Of a stretch of DNA of 32,000 nt, positions 8,145 through 17,660 are shown one piece after another (the stretch's first letter is position 1; each line of letters begins with the position of its first letter). The stretch comes from Demequinaceae bacterium (GTDB taxonomy: Bacteria > Actinomycetota > Actinomycetes > Actinomycetales > Demequinaceae). Both the position numbers and the translations under genes were made by a program. The stretch covers positions 1,560,001-1,592,000 of the forward strand of contig OZ252279.1 in NCBI GenBank assembly GCA_965250005.1, read 5' to 3'. Below the pieces are notes generated by a model. The model worked only from the letters and a program-made list of their open reading frames with translations. It had not been told where the DNA came from and ran no database searches.

Positions 8145-8954
8145 GTGGATGGCAACTTGGCCGCAGTAGCGACATTTGTGGCGCACACGCGCGCCTGGCG
8201 CGCACATAAAATCCGTCGCCCCAGTTTCGCCCCACTGAGCGCCTTTCGCTATGCGCGCGACCTGCACGTCGACATTCCGGTCGGGCTGCTGGTCATCCCG
8301 GGCCGCGAAAAGTACGCTCCGCGCGCCGCACGCGCGTGGCTCGACTGGTTTCCGCGGATTAGTGCGCGAGACCTTCGGGTTGGCGTGGTTGGCGGGGTCA
8401 TTCGCGACGAGACACTCGCAGAGAAAGCTCGAATGGCTACGTTTCTTCCATTCGAGTTCACCGCTGTGGACACCCGACGCAAGGGTGTGGCACGCGCTGC
8501 TGAGCGTGTCGTGACCCCGGACGACGGACCGGGTGGATTGTGGTCCGTGCGTTTCCGGCGAGTACCTGACACGGCGCTCGTCCCTGCTCCAGAGATCCCC
8601 GACGCGATGAGGAATCTTGTGCGCGCGCTCGAGAACGCCAATGCCGTGGCGATCACGGAGAAGTTATTGCAGCAATGGACGCCCTACCTTGATCAGGCTA
8701 TCGCCACGCTTAGGGGCCGTGGTGAGGCTGCCACCTCTGGTGACATTCTGCCTCGCCGGGGTTATTCGGCTGATGCGCACCGGCTGGTAACCGCTGCGAC
8801 CCAAGCTTGGGTGCTCGGCGGAATTATGTCCTGGAACGACCACGAGCCGCGCGGCAAGGAGATTGCCTCCATGTATTATGCCGCGACCGCCGACTTGTAC
8901 GGATGCCTCATCGAGGCCGTAGCCAGCGCCGTCAATAACGGCCTGGATAAGTGA
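8145..8954 (+). CDS. Conserved-looking hypothetical protein
   Basis: Long ORF 8070..8954. I prefer the GTG at 8145 (VDGNLAAVATFVAHTRAWRAHKIRRPSFAPL...) because TACGAT at 8133-8138 lies 6 nt upstream, matching the leaderless pattern elsewhere. ATGA-type overlap with the next gene. Confidence 0.65.
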   Translation: MDGNLAAVATFVAHTRAWRAHKIRRPSFAPLSAFRYARDLHVDIPVGLLVIPGREKYAPRAARAWLDWFPRISARDLRVGVVGGVIRDETLAEKARMATFLPFEFTAVDTRRKGVARAAERVVTPDDGPGGLWSVRFRRVPDTALVPAPEIPDAMRNLVRALENANAVAITEKLLQQWTPYLDQAIATLRGRGEAATSGDILPRRGYSADAHRLVTAATQAWVLGGIMSWNDHEPRGKEIASMYYAATADLYGCLIEAVASAVNNGLDK

Positions 8955-9613
8955 CGGGGCCAACGGAGCGTCCTGATCCGCCAATGGTGGGCGCTGAGGA
9001 GGTTGGCGTCGGGCCATGGGACGGGCCGCCTCGGATGGGTGACCACTGGGACACCGAGCTGCTGGCCGAGGGCGACCGGCGCAACGTCGCGGACAGGTAT
9101 CGCTACTGGCTCCACGACGCGATCGTCGCCGATCTCGACGAGCGGCGGCATCCGTTCCACATTGCGATCGAGAACTGGCAGCACGATTTCAACATTGGGT
9201 CAGTGGTCCGAACAGCGAACGCGTTCCTCGCTTGTGAGGTGCACATCATCGGTAACAGACGGTGGAACCGCCGCGGGGCGATGGTGACAGACCGCTATCA
9301 GCACATTCGCCATCATCCGACGGTCGAGGAGTTTGCCAGCTGGGCGGGGGAGGCCAAACTCGCGGTGATCGGGATCGATAACCTCCCGGGCAGCATGCCA
9401 CTCGAAACATTTGAGCTTCCACGTGCCAGCATATTGGTGTTCGGTCAGGAGAGCGTCGGCTTGAGCCTGGCCGTGCGCAACGCTGCCGCGGCGACGCTCG
9501 CCATAGGTCAGTACGGGTCCACTCGCAGTATCAACGCGGGAGCCGCAGCGGCAATCGCGATGCATACCTGGATCCGTCAGCATGGCGATGTCGACGCTGG
9601 TCATGCCGGTTAG
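8951..9613 (+). CDS. TrmH/SpoU-family RNA methyltransferase
   Basis: ENWQHDFNIGSVVRTANAFLACEVHIIG...LVFGQESVGLSLAVRNAAAATLAIGQYGSTRSINAGAAAAIAMHTW contains the three SpoU motifs. Confidence 0.88.
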   Translation: MTGPTERPDPPMVGAEEVGVGPWDGPPRMGDHWDTELLAEGDRRNVADRYRYWLHDAIVADLDERRHPFHIAIENWQHDFNIGSVVRTANAFLACEVHIIGNRRWNRRGAMVTDRYQHIRHHPTVEEFASWAGEAKLAVIGIDNLPGSMPLETFELPRASILVFGQESVGLSLAVRNAAAATLAIGQYGSTRSINAGAAAAIAMHTWIRQHGDVDAGHAG

Positions 9614-9652
9614 AGTAGCGGGTCAATCGCGCGAGCGGCGACGCTCGTCTCC

Positions 9653-9668
9653 CAGGGCTTAAGCCCTG
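9653..9668. repeat. 16-bp perfect palindrome CAGGGCTTAAGCCCTG, preceded by a second dyad CGAGCG-GCGA-CGCTCG at 9632-9647
   Basis: Read directly. Located between the trmH-like gene and fba. Confidence 0.8.
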
Positions 9669-9736
9669 CCCTTTGTGTCCTGGGAATCTGACAGAATAGA
9701 CGCTGGACAATCCCGAACCTAAAGCTGGAGTAACCC

Positions 9737-10756
9737 ATGGCGCTCGCCAACCCCGATTCATACAATGCGATGCTTGACGCGGCAAGGGCGGGCGCATACG
9801 CCTTCCCAGCGATCAACATCACATCCTCTTCGACAGTGACCGCAGCCATCCAGGGCTTCGCTGAAGCAGAATCCGACGGCATCATCCAGGTTTCCGTGGG
9901 TGGCGGCGCATACGCGTCCGGCACGACCATCAAAAACTCTGTCGCTGGCTCACTTGCGCTCGCGGCTTACGCCCGTGAGGTTGCAGACTCGTACGGCGTG
10001 ACCGTAGCTATGCACACGGATCACTGCGCGAAGGAATTCGTCGACTCGTGGATGAAGCCTCTCATCGCGGCTTCGACCGAACGCGTCAAGAACGGCCAGG
10101 AGCCCGTTTTCCAGTCACACATGTGGGACGGATCGGCTGTTCCGATGGCGGAGAACCTCGCGATCGCGCAAGAACTGCTCGAACTCTCGCAGGCCGCGAA
10201 GACCATCCTTGAGGTGGAGATCGGTGTTGTCGGCGGCGAAGAAGACGGCGTCGCTGTTGAAATCAATGATGCGCTTTACACCACGGTTGAGGACGGCCTC
10301 GCAACGGTTGAGGCGCTAGGCACTGGCGAAAAGGGCCGTTACCTGACAGCCCTCACGTTCGGAAATGTGCACGGCTCCTATAAGCCCGGGGCGGTCAAGC
10401 TGCGTCCCGAGATCCTCGGTGAGATTCAGGCTGAGGTCGGCAAGAAGGTCGGCAAAGACAAGCCTTTCGACCTCGTATTCCACGGCGGCTCCGGCTCAAC
10501 AGTTGAAGAGATTGCTGCTGCGGTGAGCCACGGTGTTATCAAGATGAATGTCGATACTGACACCCAGTACGCATACACGCGCCCAGTGGTCGAGCACATG
10601 CTGAAGAACTACGATGGTGTCCTCAAGGTTGATGGTGAGGTTGGAAATAAGAAGATGTACGACCCTCGCGCGTGGGGCAAGCTGGCCGAGGCCGGTATGG
10701 CTGCGCGTGTAGTCGAGGCCTGTCAGCAGCTTGGCAGCGCCGGCAAGAAGATTTAG
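9737..10756 (+). CDS. fba: Class II fructose-bisphosphate aldolase
   Basis: MALANPDSYNAMLDAARAGAYAFPAINITSSSTVTAAIQGFAEAESDGIIQVSVGGG...MHTDHCAKEFVDSW...SHMWDGSAVPMAENL...VEIGVVGGEEDGV...FHGGSGSTVEEIAAAVSHGVIKMNVDTDTQYAYTRPV. Confidence 0.96.
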   Translation: MALANPDSYNAMLDAARAGAYAFPAINITSSSTVTAAIQGFAEAESDGIIQVSVGGGAYASGTTIKNSVAGSLALAAYAREVADSYGVTVAMHTDHCAKEFVDSWMKPLIAASTERVKNGQEPVFQSHMWDGSAVPMAENLAIAQELLELSQAAKTILEVEIGVVGGEEDGVAVEINDALYTTVEDGLATVEALGTGEKGRYLTALTFGNVHGSYKPGAVKLRPEILGEIQAEVGKKVGKDKPFDLVFHGGSGSTVEEIAAAVSHGVIKMNVDTDTQYAYTRPVVEHMLKNYDGVLKVDGEVGNKKMYDPRAWGKLAEAGMAARVVEACQQLGSAGKKI

Positions 10757-10770
10757 GTTTCGAACCGTGA

Positions 10771-10807
10771 GGGAAGCCCCCGTGGTTCAACACCGCGGGG
10801 GCTTCCC
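10771..10807 (+). terminator. Rho-independent-like terminator after fba
   Basis: GGGAAGCCCCCG (10771-10782) and CGGGGGCTTCCC (10796-10807), a perfect 12-bp stem with 13-nt loop. A strict T-tract is absent but TTTT occurs shortly downstream. Confidence 0.8.
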
Positions 10808-10920
10808 CACGTTATCGGGGGTTTTAGTTGAGGCACGACCGCGAACCGCCGATGCAATAGAGGGGACCGAGCCGGTCCCGCCAAGCCCCGGGCTTAGTAC
10901 TCGGGTGAGGGGAGGGCAAA

Positions 10921-12210
10921 ATGCCCGCAGTAGTTCTTGTTGGCGCCCAGTGGGGCGATGAAGGAAAAGGCAAGGCCACGGATGTGCTCGGCTCGCGGGT
11001 CGACTACGTGGTCAAGTTCAACGGCGGAAACAACGCTGGCCACACGGTCGTAGTAGGTGACGAGAAGTACGCTCTGCACCTGCTCCCGTCCGGAATTCTG
11101 ACGCCGGGCGTAACTCCGGTGATCGGCAATGGTGTTGTGGTTGACATCTCGGTGCTTTTCGAGGAGCTCGACGCGCTGAACTCGCGCGGCGTGGATACGT
11201 CAGCGCTGCTTGTGTCGTCCGCCGCCCACATCATCGCGCCCTACTCGCGGACGCTCGACAACGTGACTGAACGCTTCCTCGGCAAGCGCAAGATCGGCAC
11301 GACTGGCCGCGGAATCGGCCCGGCGTACGCAGACAAAATCAACCGCGTTGGTATCCGCATCGGCGACCTGTTCGACGAGCAACTGCTACGCGACAAGGTT
11401 GAGGGCGCGCTTGAGGGTAAGAACCACCTGTTGGTGAAGGTCTACAACCGCCGCGCCATCACGGTGGACGAGACGGTGGAGGAGCTGCTCCAGTTCCGCG
11501 AGCGGCTCGCGCCGATGGTTGCGGACACCGCGCTCGTGCTCAACAAGGCGCTCGACGATGGCAAGACGGTGCTATTCGAGGGCGGTCAGGCCACCATGCT
11601 CGACGTGGACCACGGAACGTACCCGTTTGTGACGTCATCCAATGCGACGGCTGGCGGCGCGTGCACGGGGTCCGGCGTTGGCCCCACGCGCATCGACGGC
11701 GTGATCGGTGTGGTGAAGGCATACGCGACGCGCGTGGGCGAGGGACCCATGCCAACTGAACTTTTCGATGAGGACGGCGAGAAGTTGCAGAAGATCGGCC
11801 ACGAGGTTGGTGTGACTACCGGGCGTTCTCGCCGCTGTGGCTGGTACGACGCGGTCATTGCACGCTACTCAGCGCGCATCAATGGACTTACGGATTTCGT
11901 CCTCACCAAGCTTGACGTGCTGACCGGGTGGGAAAAGATACCTGTGTGCGTCGCGTACGACGTTGACGGCGTGCGTCACGAGGACCTGCCGCTGGACCAG
12001 GCTGCGTTCGCCGCTGCCACCCCCATCTACGAAGAACTCGACGGCTGGACCGAGGACGTCACCGGTGCTCGGACATTCGAGGACCTTCCAGAGAACGCGC
12101 AGAAGTACGTTCTCGCTCTGGAGGCGATGTCCGGTTGCCGCATGAGCGCGATTGGCGTTGGCCCTGACCGCGACCAGATCATCGTTCGCCACGACCTGCT
12201 GCCGGCGTAA
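10921..12210 (+). CDS. purA: Adenylosuccinate synthetase
   Basis: [46 protein letters not shown]... is canonical. GAGGGGAGG ribosome-binding site upstream. Confidence 0.97.
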   Translation: MPAVVLVGAQWGDEGKGKATDVLGSRVDYVVKFNGGNNAGHTVVVGDEKYALHLLPSGILTPGVTPVIGNGVVVDISVLFEELDALNSRGVDTSALLVSSAAHIIAPYSRTLDNVTERFLGKRKIGTTGRGIGPAYADKINRVGIRIGDLFDEQLLRDKVEGALEGKNHLLVKVYNRRAITVDETVEELLQFRERLAPMVADTALVLNKALDDGKTVLFEGGQATMLDVDHGTYPFVTSSNATAGGACTGSGVGPTRIDGVIGVVKAYATRVGEGPMPTELFDEDGEKLQKIGHEVGVTTGRSRRCGWYDAVIARYSARINGLTDFVLTKLDVLTGWEKIPVCVAYDVDGVRHEDLPLDQAAFAAATPIYEELDGWTEDVTGARTFEDLPENAQKYVLALEAMSGCRMSAIGVGPDRDQIIVRHDLLPA

Positions 12211-12279
12211 TCTGCAACGGACCGGCCGTGCAGAGGGAGTGCTTCGAGCGGCTTCGGTGTCCGGGATAGACTGACAGAC

Positions 12280-13548
12280 GTGAAGATTCTCGTAGTGGGC
12301 ACGGGAGCCCGCGAGCATGCGCTCGCCCGTTCCCTGCACCTTGACCTTGCGGTGTCAGAGGTCCATGTCGCCCCAGGCAATCCAGGCATAGGCCAGATCG
12401 CGACGCTTCACGCTGTAGACCAAATGGACCCCGGCGCAGTCGCAGAACTTGCGGCAAAACTCGACGTGGATCTTGTAGTCGTGGGTCCCGAAGCACCACT
12501 TGTTGCCGGTGTGGCGGACGCCGTTCGCGCGGCCGGGATCGCTTGCTTCGGTCCGTCGAAAGAGGCGGCGATGCTCGAGGGTTCCAAGACATTCGCCAAG
12601 GACGTCATGAATGCGGCGGGCGTTCCGACCGCTGGCGCGCGCGTGTGCGTCACGGGAGGCGAGGTCGCCGCCGCGCTCGACGAATTCGGTATCCCTCATG
12701 TAGTCAAGGACGACGGCTTGGCGGCAGGCAAGGGTGTTGTTGTCACGGTCGATAGGGAACAGGCGCTACTTCACGGCGACGCCATCCTCGCGGCCGGCGG
12801 GACGGTCGTGGTGGAGGAGTTCCTCGAAGGCCCTGAGGTCTCGCTGTTCTGTATCTGTGATGGCACATCGGTAGTCCCACTAGAGCCTGCCCAGGATTTC
12901 AAGCGCGCACATGATGGAGACGAGGGACTCAACACTGGCGGTATGGGCGCCTACAGCCCGCTGCCGTGGGCACCCTCCACGCTCGTGTCCGACGTGATGC
13001 GGCTCGTTGCCGAGCCAACTATTGCCCAGATGGCGAAGCGTGGCACGCCGTTCGCCGGCGTACTCTACTGCGGGCTGGTGCTGACGGACGCGGGGATCAA
13101 GGTCATCGAGTTCAACGCGCGCTTTGGCGACCCGGAGACGCAGTCGGTTCTCGCGCGGCTTGAGACACCGCTTGGCGGCGTGCTGCATGCCGCCGCAGAA
13201 GGCCGCCTCGCCGCCGAGCCCAAACTACGGTGGCGTACAGACGCGGCGGTGACCGTCGTGATCTCGGCCTATGGATACCCTACAAACGCGCGAACCGGCG
13301 ACGCAATTGTTGGAATCGACGAGGCGGAGGCAGATGCCTCGGTGCACGTTCTGCACGCGGGAACCGCCACCGCAGATGATGGATCGCTCGTGTCCGCTGG
13401 CGGCCGAGTGCTCTCGGTCGTTGCCGTGGGCCACGACCTCAAAGTGGCGCGCGATCGCGCCTACGTGGGAATCGACAAGATCGAGCTCGCCGACTCCCAT
13501 CACCGCATGGACATTGCGTTGGCTGCGGCCAACATGGCAACGAACTGA
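12280..13548 (+). CDS. purD: Phosphoribosylamine--glycine ligase
   Basis: MKILVVGTGAREHALARSLHLD...VGPEAPLVAGVADAVR...GKGVVVTVDREQA...NTGGMGAYSP...FNARFGDPETQSVLARLETPL. Confidence 0.96.
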   Translation: MKILVVGTGAREHALARSLHLDLAVSEVHVAPGNPGIGQIATLHAVDQMDPGAVAELAAKLDVDLVVVGPEAPLVAGVADAVRAAGIACFGPSKEAAMLEGSKTFAKDVMNAAGVPTAGARVCVTGGEVAAALDEFGIPHVVKDDGLAAGKGVVVTVDREQALLHGDAILAAGGTVVVEEFLEGPEVSLFCICDGTSVVPLEPAQDFKRAHDGDEGLNTGGMGAYSPLPWAPSTLVSDVMRLVAEPTIAQMAKRGTPFAGVLYCGLVLTDAGIKVIEFNARFGDPETQSVLARLETPLGGVLHAAAEGRLAAEPKLRWRTDAAVTVVISAYGYPTNARTGDAIVGIDEAEADASVHVLHAGTATADDGSLVSAGGRVLSVVAVGHDLKVARDRAYVGIDKIELADSHHRMDIALAAANMATN

Positions 13549-13564
13549 CGGCAGCTCGCTGACC

Positions 13565-14458
13565 GTGGCCCCGATCTCGCTCCCTGATCCCATCAAAGTT
13601 CCTGGCTGGCGGCACATCTACTCTGGCAAGGTGCGGGACCTATACGAGCCCGTGGAGCCTCACCCACGCGGTGACGTCCTCCTGGTGGTCGCCTCCGACC
13701 GCGTCAGCGCCTACGACTACGTGCTCTCCACCGAGATCCCCGGCAAGGGCGAGGTTCTGACCGCGCTTACGCTTTGGTGGTTTGACCAAATCCGGGACAT
13801 CATCACCGACCACACCGTCGAGGCGCCCGTTCCCCTTGAGGTGGCCGGCCGGGCGATGGTCGTGAAGCGGCTGACCATGTTCCCAGTGGAGTGTGTGGCC
13901 CGCGGATACCTGGCGGGGTCCGGGCTCGCAGAGTATCGCGAGTCGGGCTCCGTCTGCGGGATCACACTGCCAGCGGGGCTTCTCGACGGATCACGTCTCG
14001 AGGTTCCAGTTTTCACGCCAACCACCAAAGCCGAGTTGGGTGACCACGATGAGGCGGTGACCTTCGATGCCGTGGTTCAGACGGTGGGCAAGGCCGACGC
14101 CGTCGAGCTTCGTGAGCTCACCCTTGCCGTGTACGCACGTGCGCACCAGGTTGCCGCGGGGCGCGGCATCATACTCGCGGACACCAAGTTTGAGTTCGGG
14201 CGTGACGACTCCGGCGCGATGGTGCTCGGCGATGAAGCACTCACCCCTGACTCGTCGCGCTTCTGGCCGGCGGACGGATGGGAGCCCGGGCACGCGCAGC
14301 CGTCGTTCGACAAGCAATTCGTTCGCGACTGGCTGGTCTCTCCCGCGGCGGGCTGGGACCGTGCCTCTGGCGAGCCGCCGCCGCCATTGCCCCAGGATGT
14401 CGTGGAGAAGACCCGCGCTCGCTACGTCGAGGCGTATGACCGGCTCACGCAGGGCTGA
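13565..14458 (+). CDS. purC: Phosphoribosylaminoimidazole-succinocarboxamide synthase
   Basis: From GTG 13565: VAPISLPDPIKVPGWRHIYSGKVRDLYEP...LLVVASDRVSAYDYVLSTEIPGKGEVLTALTLWWF...GRGIILADTKFEFG. The track ORF begins upstream only because the frame is open inside purD. Confidence 0.94.
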   Translation: MAPISLPDPIKVPGWRHIYSGKVRDLYEPVEPHPRGDVLLVVASDRVSAYDYVLSTEIPGKGEVLTALTLWWFDQIRDIITDHTVEAPVPLEVAGRAMVVKRLTMFPVECVARGYLAGSGLAEYRESGSVCGITLPAGLLDGSRLEVPVFTPTTKAELGDHDEAVTFDAVVQTVGKADAVELRELTLAVYARAHQVAAGRGIILADTKFEFGRDDSGAMVLGDEALTPDSSRFWPADGWEPGHAQPSFDKQFVRDWLVSPAAGWDRASGEPPPPLPQDVVEKTRARYVEAYDRLTQG

Positions 14459-14577
14459 TCTGACAGCATGCGCGGGCGCGCTCTACCAGCGGCACTTGCG
14501 CGCCTCGCCGGCGCTGTGGTTGCGGTTCGACGGCGAGGTTGCTGGAATCTGGCCCGCGTGAGGATTACCGTCAAGGC

Positions 14578-15315
14578 ATGATCACCGTTGGCGTCGACCT
14601 TGCGTCTCAGTCCGCAAATACTGCGCTCGCGGTGGTGGACTGGTCGCTCGCCGCGCCGCGGGCGGTGCGGGTCGAGGTAGGAGTGGACGACGAGCTAATC
14701 GTGGAATCCGCCCGCGAGGCAAACATGGTCGCGATTGCGTCGCCGTTCAGTTGGCCGGACGCGTTCTTCGAGTTCATCAAGGCGCACCGTGAGGGTCAGA
14801 TTGCCGACCCGCGCCAGGTCGCCACATCGAGCGGGCGCGACCACATCATGTACCGACTCACCGAGCGGCGGGTGCGCGAGTTCCTCGGCGTGAAGTTCAT
14901 CCCGGTCACCGCGAACATGCAGGCAGCGACGGCACTGCGCTGCGCCGGACTGCTCGCGCGGCTTCGCGAGGAACGGCACAACGTTGGTCGCGACGGCCTG
15001 GGCAATATCGTCGAGGTACACCCGCCGGCGAGTTTGCAATCGTGGGGTTTGGCCGAGACAGGCTACAAGACGAAGTCCGTGGCCCGCACCAAAATACTCG
15101 AGCAGATCGCGCGACGGGTCCCGCTGGATTTGGGTGAGTTCCGGTCTCTGTGTGCCGACAACGATGACGCGCTCGACGCGCTGGTCGCAGCGCTGACAGG
15201 CAGGGCAGTCGCCATGGGCAACTGGGTCAAACCCGGGACCGAAGAAGAAGTGGAGCACGCCCGCACCGAGGGCTGGATCTGCCTGCCGAGCGGCACTGTC
15301 GAAGTCCTGCGCTAG
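14578..15315 (+). CDS. DUF429-like protein (RNase H-fold-like)
   Basis: MITVGVDLASQSANTALAVVDW...ASPFSWPDAFFEFI...TERRVREFLGVKFIPVTANMQ...IVEVHPPASLQSWGL...DNDDALDALVAALTGRA. TACCGT -10 lies 6 nt upstream of ATG 14578. Confidence 0.75.
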   Translation: MITVGVDLASQSANTALAVVDWSLAAPRAVRVEVGVDDELIVESAREANMVAIASPFSWPDAFFEFIKAHREGQIADPRQVATSSGRDHIMYRLTERRVREFLGVKFIPVTANMQAATALRCAGLLARLREERHNVGRDGLGNIVEVHPPASLQSWGLAETGYKTKSVARTKILEQIARRVPLDLGEFRSLCADNDDALDALVAALTGRAVAMGNWVKPGTEEEVEHARTEGWICLPSGTVEVLR

Positions 15316-15391
15316 GGCAGCATTCGCACGATCCCGGTGTCCCCGCGTGGGCCATCATTGGCTGCTCCTAGAGCACCGGTACACTTTTCGC

Positions 15392-15643
15392 ATGCCCAAG
15401 ATCGTCGTTCATGTCATGCCCAAGCCCGAGATCCTCGACCCGCAGGGCAAGGCGGTGGGAGCGGCGCTTCCCCGTCTCGGCTTCGACGGCTTCGCTGGAG
15501 CCCGCCAGGGTAAGCGCTTCGAGCTCACGGTGAACGGCGACGTCACCGACGAGGTTCTCGCCCAAGCGCGTGAGGCGGCCCAAACGCTGCTGAGCAACCC
15601 GGTGATCGAGGACGTCATCTCTGTTGAGGTGGAGGCGGAGTGA
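15392..15643 (+). CDS. purS: Phosphoribosylformylglycinamidine synthase subunit PurS
   Basis: [83 protein letters not shown], 83 aa, overlapping purQ by 4 nt. Confidence 0.94.
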   Translation: MPKIVVHVMPKPEILDPQGKAVGAALPRLGFDGFAGARQGKRFELTVNGDVTDEVLAQAREAAQTLLSNPVIEDVISVEVEAE

Positions 15644-16347
15644 CCGCCCCTCGCATTGGAGTCGTCACGTTTCCGGGGACTCTAGACGACTTCGACGCGC
15701 TCAGGGCCGTCCGTCTTGCGGGCGCCGAGGGTGTCCCACTGTTTCACAGCGAGCCAGACCTCAAAGACGTGGATGCAGTGGTCCTTCCCGGCGGATTCAG
15801 CTACGGCGACTACCTGCGCGCGGGCGCCATCTCGCGCTTCGCGCCCATCATGGAAATGGTTGTGGACGCCGCCAAAGGCGGCATGCCGGTGCTGGGAATC
15901 TGCAACGGCTTCCAGGTTCTAACTGAGGTGCACCTGCTCCCCGGTTCCATGATCAAGAATGAGCACCTGCACTTCATCTGCCGCGACCAGACGCTCTCCG
16001 TCGAAAACGCGCAGACGGCGTGGACAGGGGACTACTCGCAGGGCGACCGCATTGTCGTCCCGCTGAAGAACCAAGACGGCCAGTACGTCGCGGACGCGAA
16101 GACGCTCGACGCTCTTGAGGCCGAGGGGCGCGTGGTGTTCAAATACCAAGGCTGGAACCCCAACGGGTCGCGCAGCGACATCGCGGGAATCACCAACGAG
16201 CGCGGCAACGTCGTTGGCCTCATGCCTCACCCCGAGCATGCGGTGGAGCCCGGCTTTGGCCCTGATTCGGCCGACGCCGGGCGCGCCGGTACCGATGGGC
16301 TGGGGTTCTTCACCTCGGTGATGGGGTCGCTACTCGCGCGGGCGTAG
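15640..16347 (+). CDS. purQ: Phosphoribosylformylglycinamidine synthase subunit PurQ (glutamine amidotransferase)
   Basis: [32 protein letters not shown]...[18 protein letters not shown]...[22 protein letters not shown]...[12 protein letters not shown]. Confidence 0.96.
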   Translation: MTAPRIGVVTFPGTLDDFDALRAVRLAGAEGVPLFHSEPDLKDVDAVVLPGGFSYGDYLRAGAISRFAPIMEMVVDAAKGGMPVLGICNGFQVLTEVHLLPGSMIKNEHLHFICRDQTLSVENAQTAWTGDYSQGDRIVVPLKNQDGQYVADAKTLDALEAEGRVVFKYQGWNPNGSRSDIAGITNERGNVVGLMPHPEHAVEPGFGPDSADAGRAGTDGLGFFTSVMGSLLARA

Positions 16348-16349
16348 CC

Positions 16350-16481
16350 GTGACTGACATCGCGCCGCCGATCATCGCGAGTACACCCGGCTACATCTCG
16401 GACGAGTTGCGGCGCCTGCTGCCCCCGTTCTACGACCCGAAGCCCACCATGGAGCGCTACGAGCGCGCTTACCCCGCGTAG
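16350..16481 (+). CDS. Possible small protein (43 aa), hypothetical
   Basis: GTG..TAG frame VTDIAPPIIASTPGYISDELRRLLPPFYDPKPTMERYERAYPA immediately after purQ. Too short to be in the supplied track. Confidence 0.35.
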   Translation: MTDIAPPIIASTPGYISDELRRLLPPFYDPKPTMERYERAYPA

Positions 16482-16495
16482 TACTGACGTGGCGG

Positions 16496-17539
16496 CTAGT
16501 CGCCGAGCGCAGGCTTGATGTCGCGTGCGATCGCCTCAAACGTGGTGCGGTTCACGTCGAGGCCGAGCTGACTGGGGATCGTCACAAGGACGGTGTCTGC
16601 TGCCATCACGCCCTCATCTTGGAGAAGCTCGGCAACAATCTTGTCCGGCTCACCAACGTATGTCTTGCCGAACGTCGCACGCGCGTTGTCGATGATGCCG
16701 ATCTGGTCTTGGTTGCCGCCTATCGCGTCCTGCGCAGCTACGCCGGAGAAGTAGGTCTTTGTGACATCGTCGACGATCGGCATGATGGAGCGTGAAATCG
16801 AGATCCGGGGCGTCCCTTCGTGGCCGGCTTCCTTCCAAGCGGCCCGGTAGTCCTCGAACTGTTGGGCCTGCACGGTGCCCAGCGGATCGCCGGTGGCGTC
16901 GAGGATGAGCGTCGAGGACATGAGGTTCATTCCGAGCGCTCCGACGATTTTGGCGCTGTCGATGCTCCCGGCGCCGTACCAGATTCGGTCGCTCAAGCCT
17001 GGAGAGTGCGGCTGGATGGGCAGGAGCCCATCTACCAGGTGGGGCATGTGCCCGTACGGGGCTTCGTGGGGCTCCGCGACGCCCTTGCCAGCGATCGCGT
17101 CACGGAAGATGGCGATGCGCTCGGCCGCGTCGATCACGGGCAGCTTGTCCTCAGGGAGCGGGTAGCCGAACGTGCCGGGGCCGTCGGCGACGACCTCGGG
17201 ACTGCCGCGGCTGACGCCTAGCTGTAGGCGCCCCTCAGAAACGAGGTCTGCGGTCGCGGCAAGCTCCGCCATGTAGAGCGGGTTTTCGTAACGCATGTTG
17301 ATGACGCCAGTGCCGAGCTCAATGCGCGACGTCGCCTGCCCCATCGCCGCGAGCAGCGCGAACGGGGAGCTGAGGTTCTGCTCAAAGTGGTGAACGCGAA
17401 TCCACGCGCCGTCTAGCCCGGACTCCTCCGCGGCTACGGCGAGGTCCACGTGACCGCGAATTGATTCGCCGGCGTCTCGGTGCTGCGAGCCCTGGCCCTT
17501 GCTCCAATGCCCAAAGGACAGAAATCCAAACTTCTTCAT
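16496..17539 (-). CDS. LLM class flavin-dependent oxidoreductase (luciferase-like)
   Basis: FLSFGHWSKGQG...DLAVAAEESGLDGAWIRVHHFEQNLSSPFALLAAMGQATSRIELGTGVINMRYENPLYMAELAATADLVSEGRLQLGVSRGSPE. GAGGAG ribosome-binding site. Confidence 0.9.
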   Translation of the reverse strand: MKKFGFLSFGHWSKGQGSQHRDAGESIRGHVDLAVAAEESGLDGAWIRVHHFEQNLSSPFALLAAMGQATSRIELGTGVINMRYENPLYMAELAATADLVSEGRLQLGVSRGSPEVVADGPGTFGYPLPEDKLPVIDAAERIAIFRDAIAGKGVAEPHEAPYGHMPHLVDGLLPIQPHSPGLSDRIWYGAGSIDSAKIVGALGMNLMSSTLILDATGDPLGTVQAQQFEDYRAAWKEAGHEGTPRISISRSIMPIVDDVTKTYFSGVAAQDAIGGNQDQIGIIDNARATFGKTYVGEPDKIVAELLQDEGVMAADTVLVTIPSQLGLDVNRTTFEAIARDIKPALGD

Positions 17540-17660
17540 GACGCTCCTCGTGCGGTGAGGGGCCGCGCCGGGAGGCGGGCCCGCGCTGGCACTACTGACA
17601 ACGTACGCGCGTGGTCGCTACATTCCGCACAGGCGCACACGGCGGCGATAGCCTGGCGGC

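Noticed and set aside
7342-8235. 297-aa minus-strand ORF overlapping the DedA gene
   Set aside because: Same strand but different frame from the DedA CDS. The composition (His/Arg/Pro rich, no fold-like pattern) is typical of a high-GC shadow ORF, while the DedA frame has clear family motifs.
13271-13564. Upstream extension of the purC ORF
   Set aside because: It lies in an alternate frame within purD. PurC homology starts at VAPISLPDPIKVPGWRHIYSGKVRDLYEP.
14467-14563. Possible gene remnant between purC and the DUF429-like gene (ALYQRHLRASPALWLRFDGEVAGIWPA)
   Set aside because: Protein-like stretch but no start codon, RBS or identifiable family. Too little evidence to call a feature.
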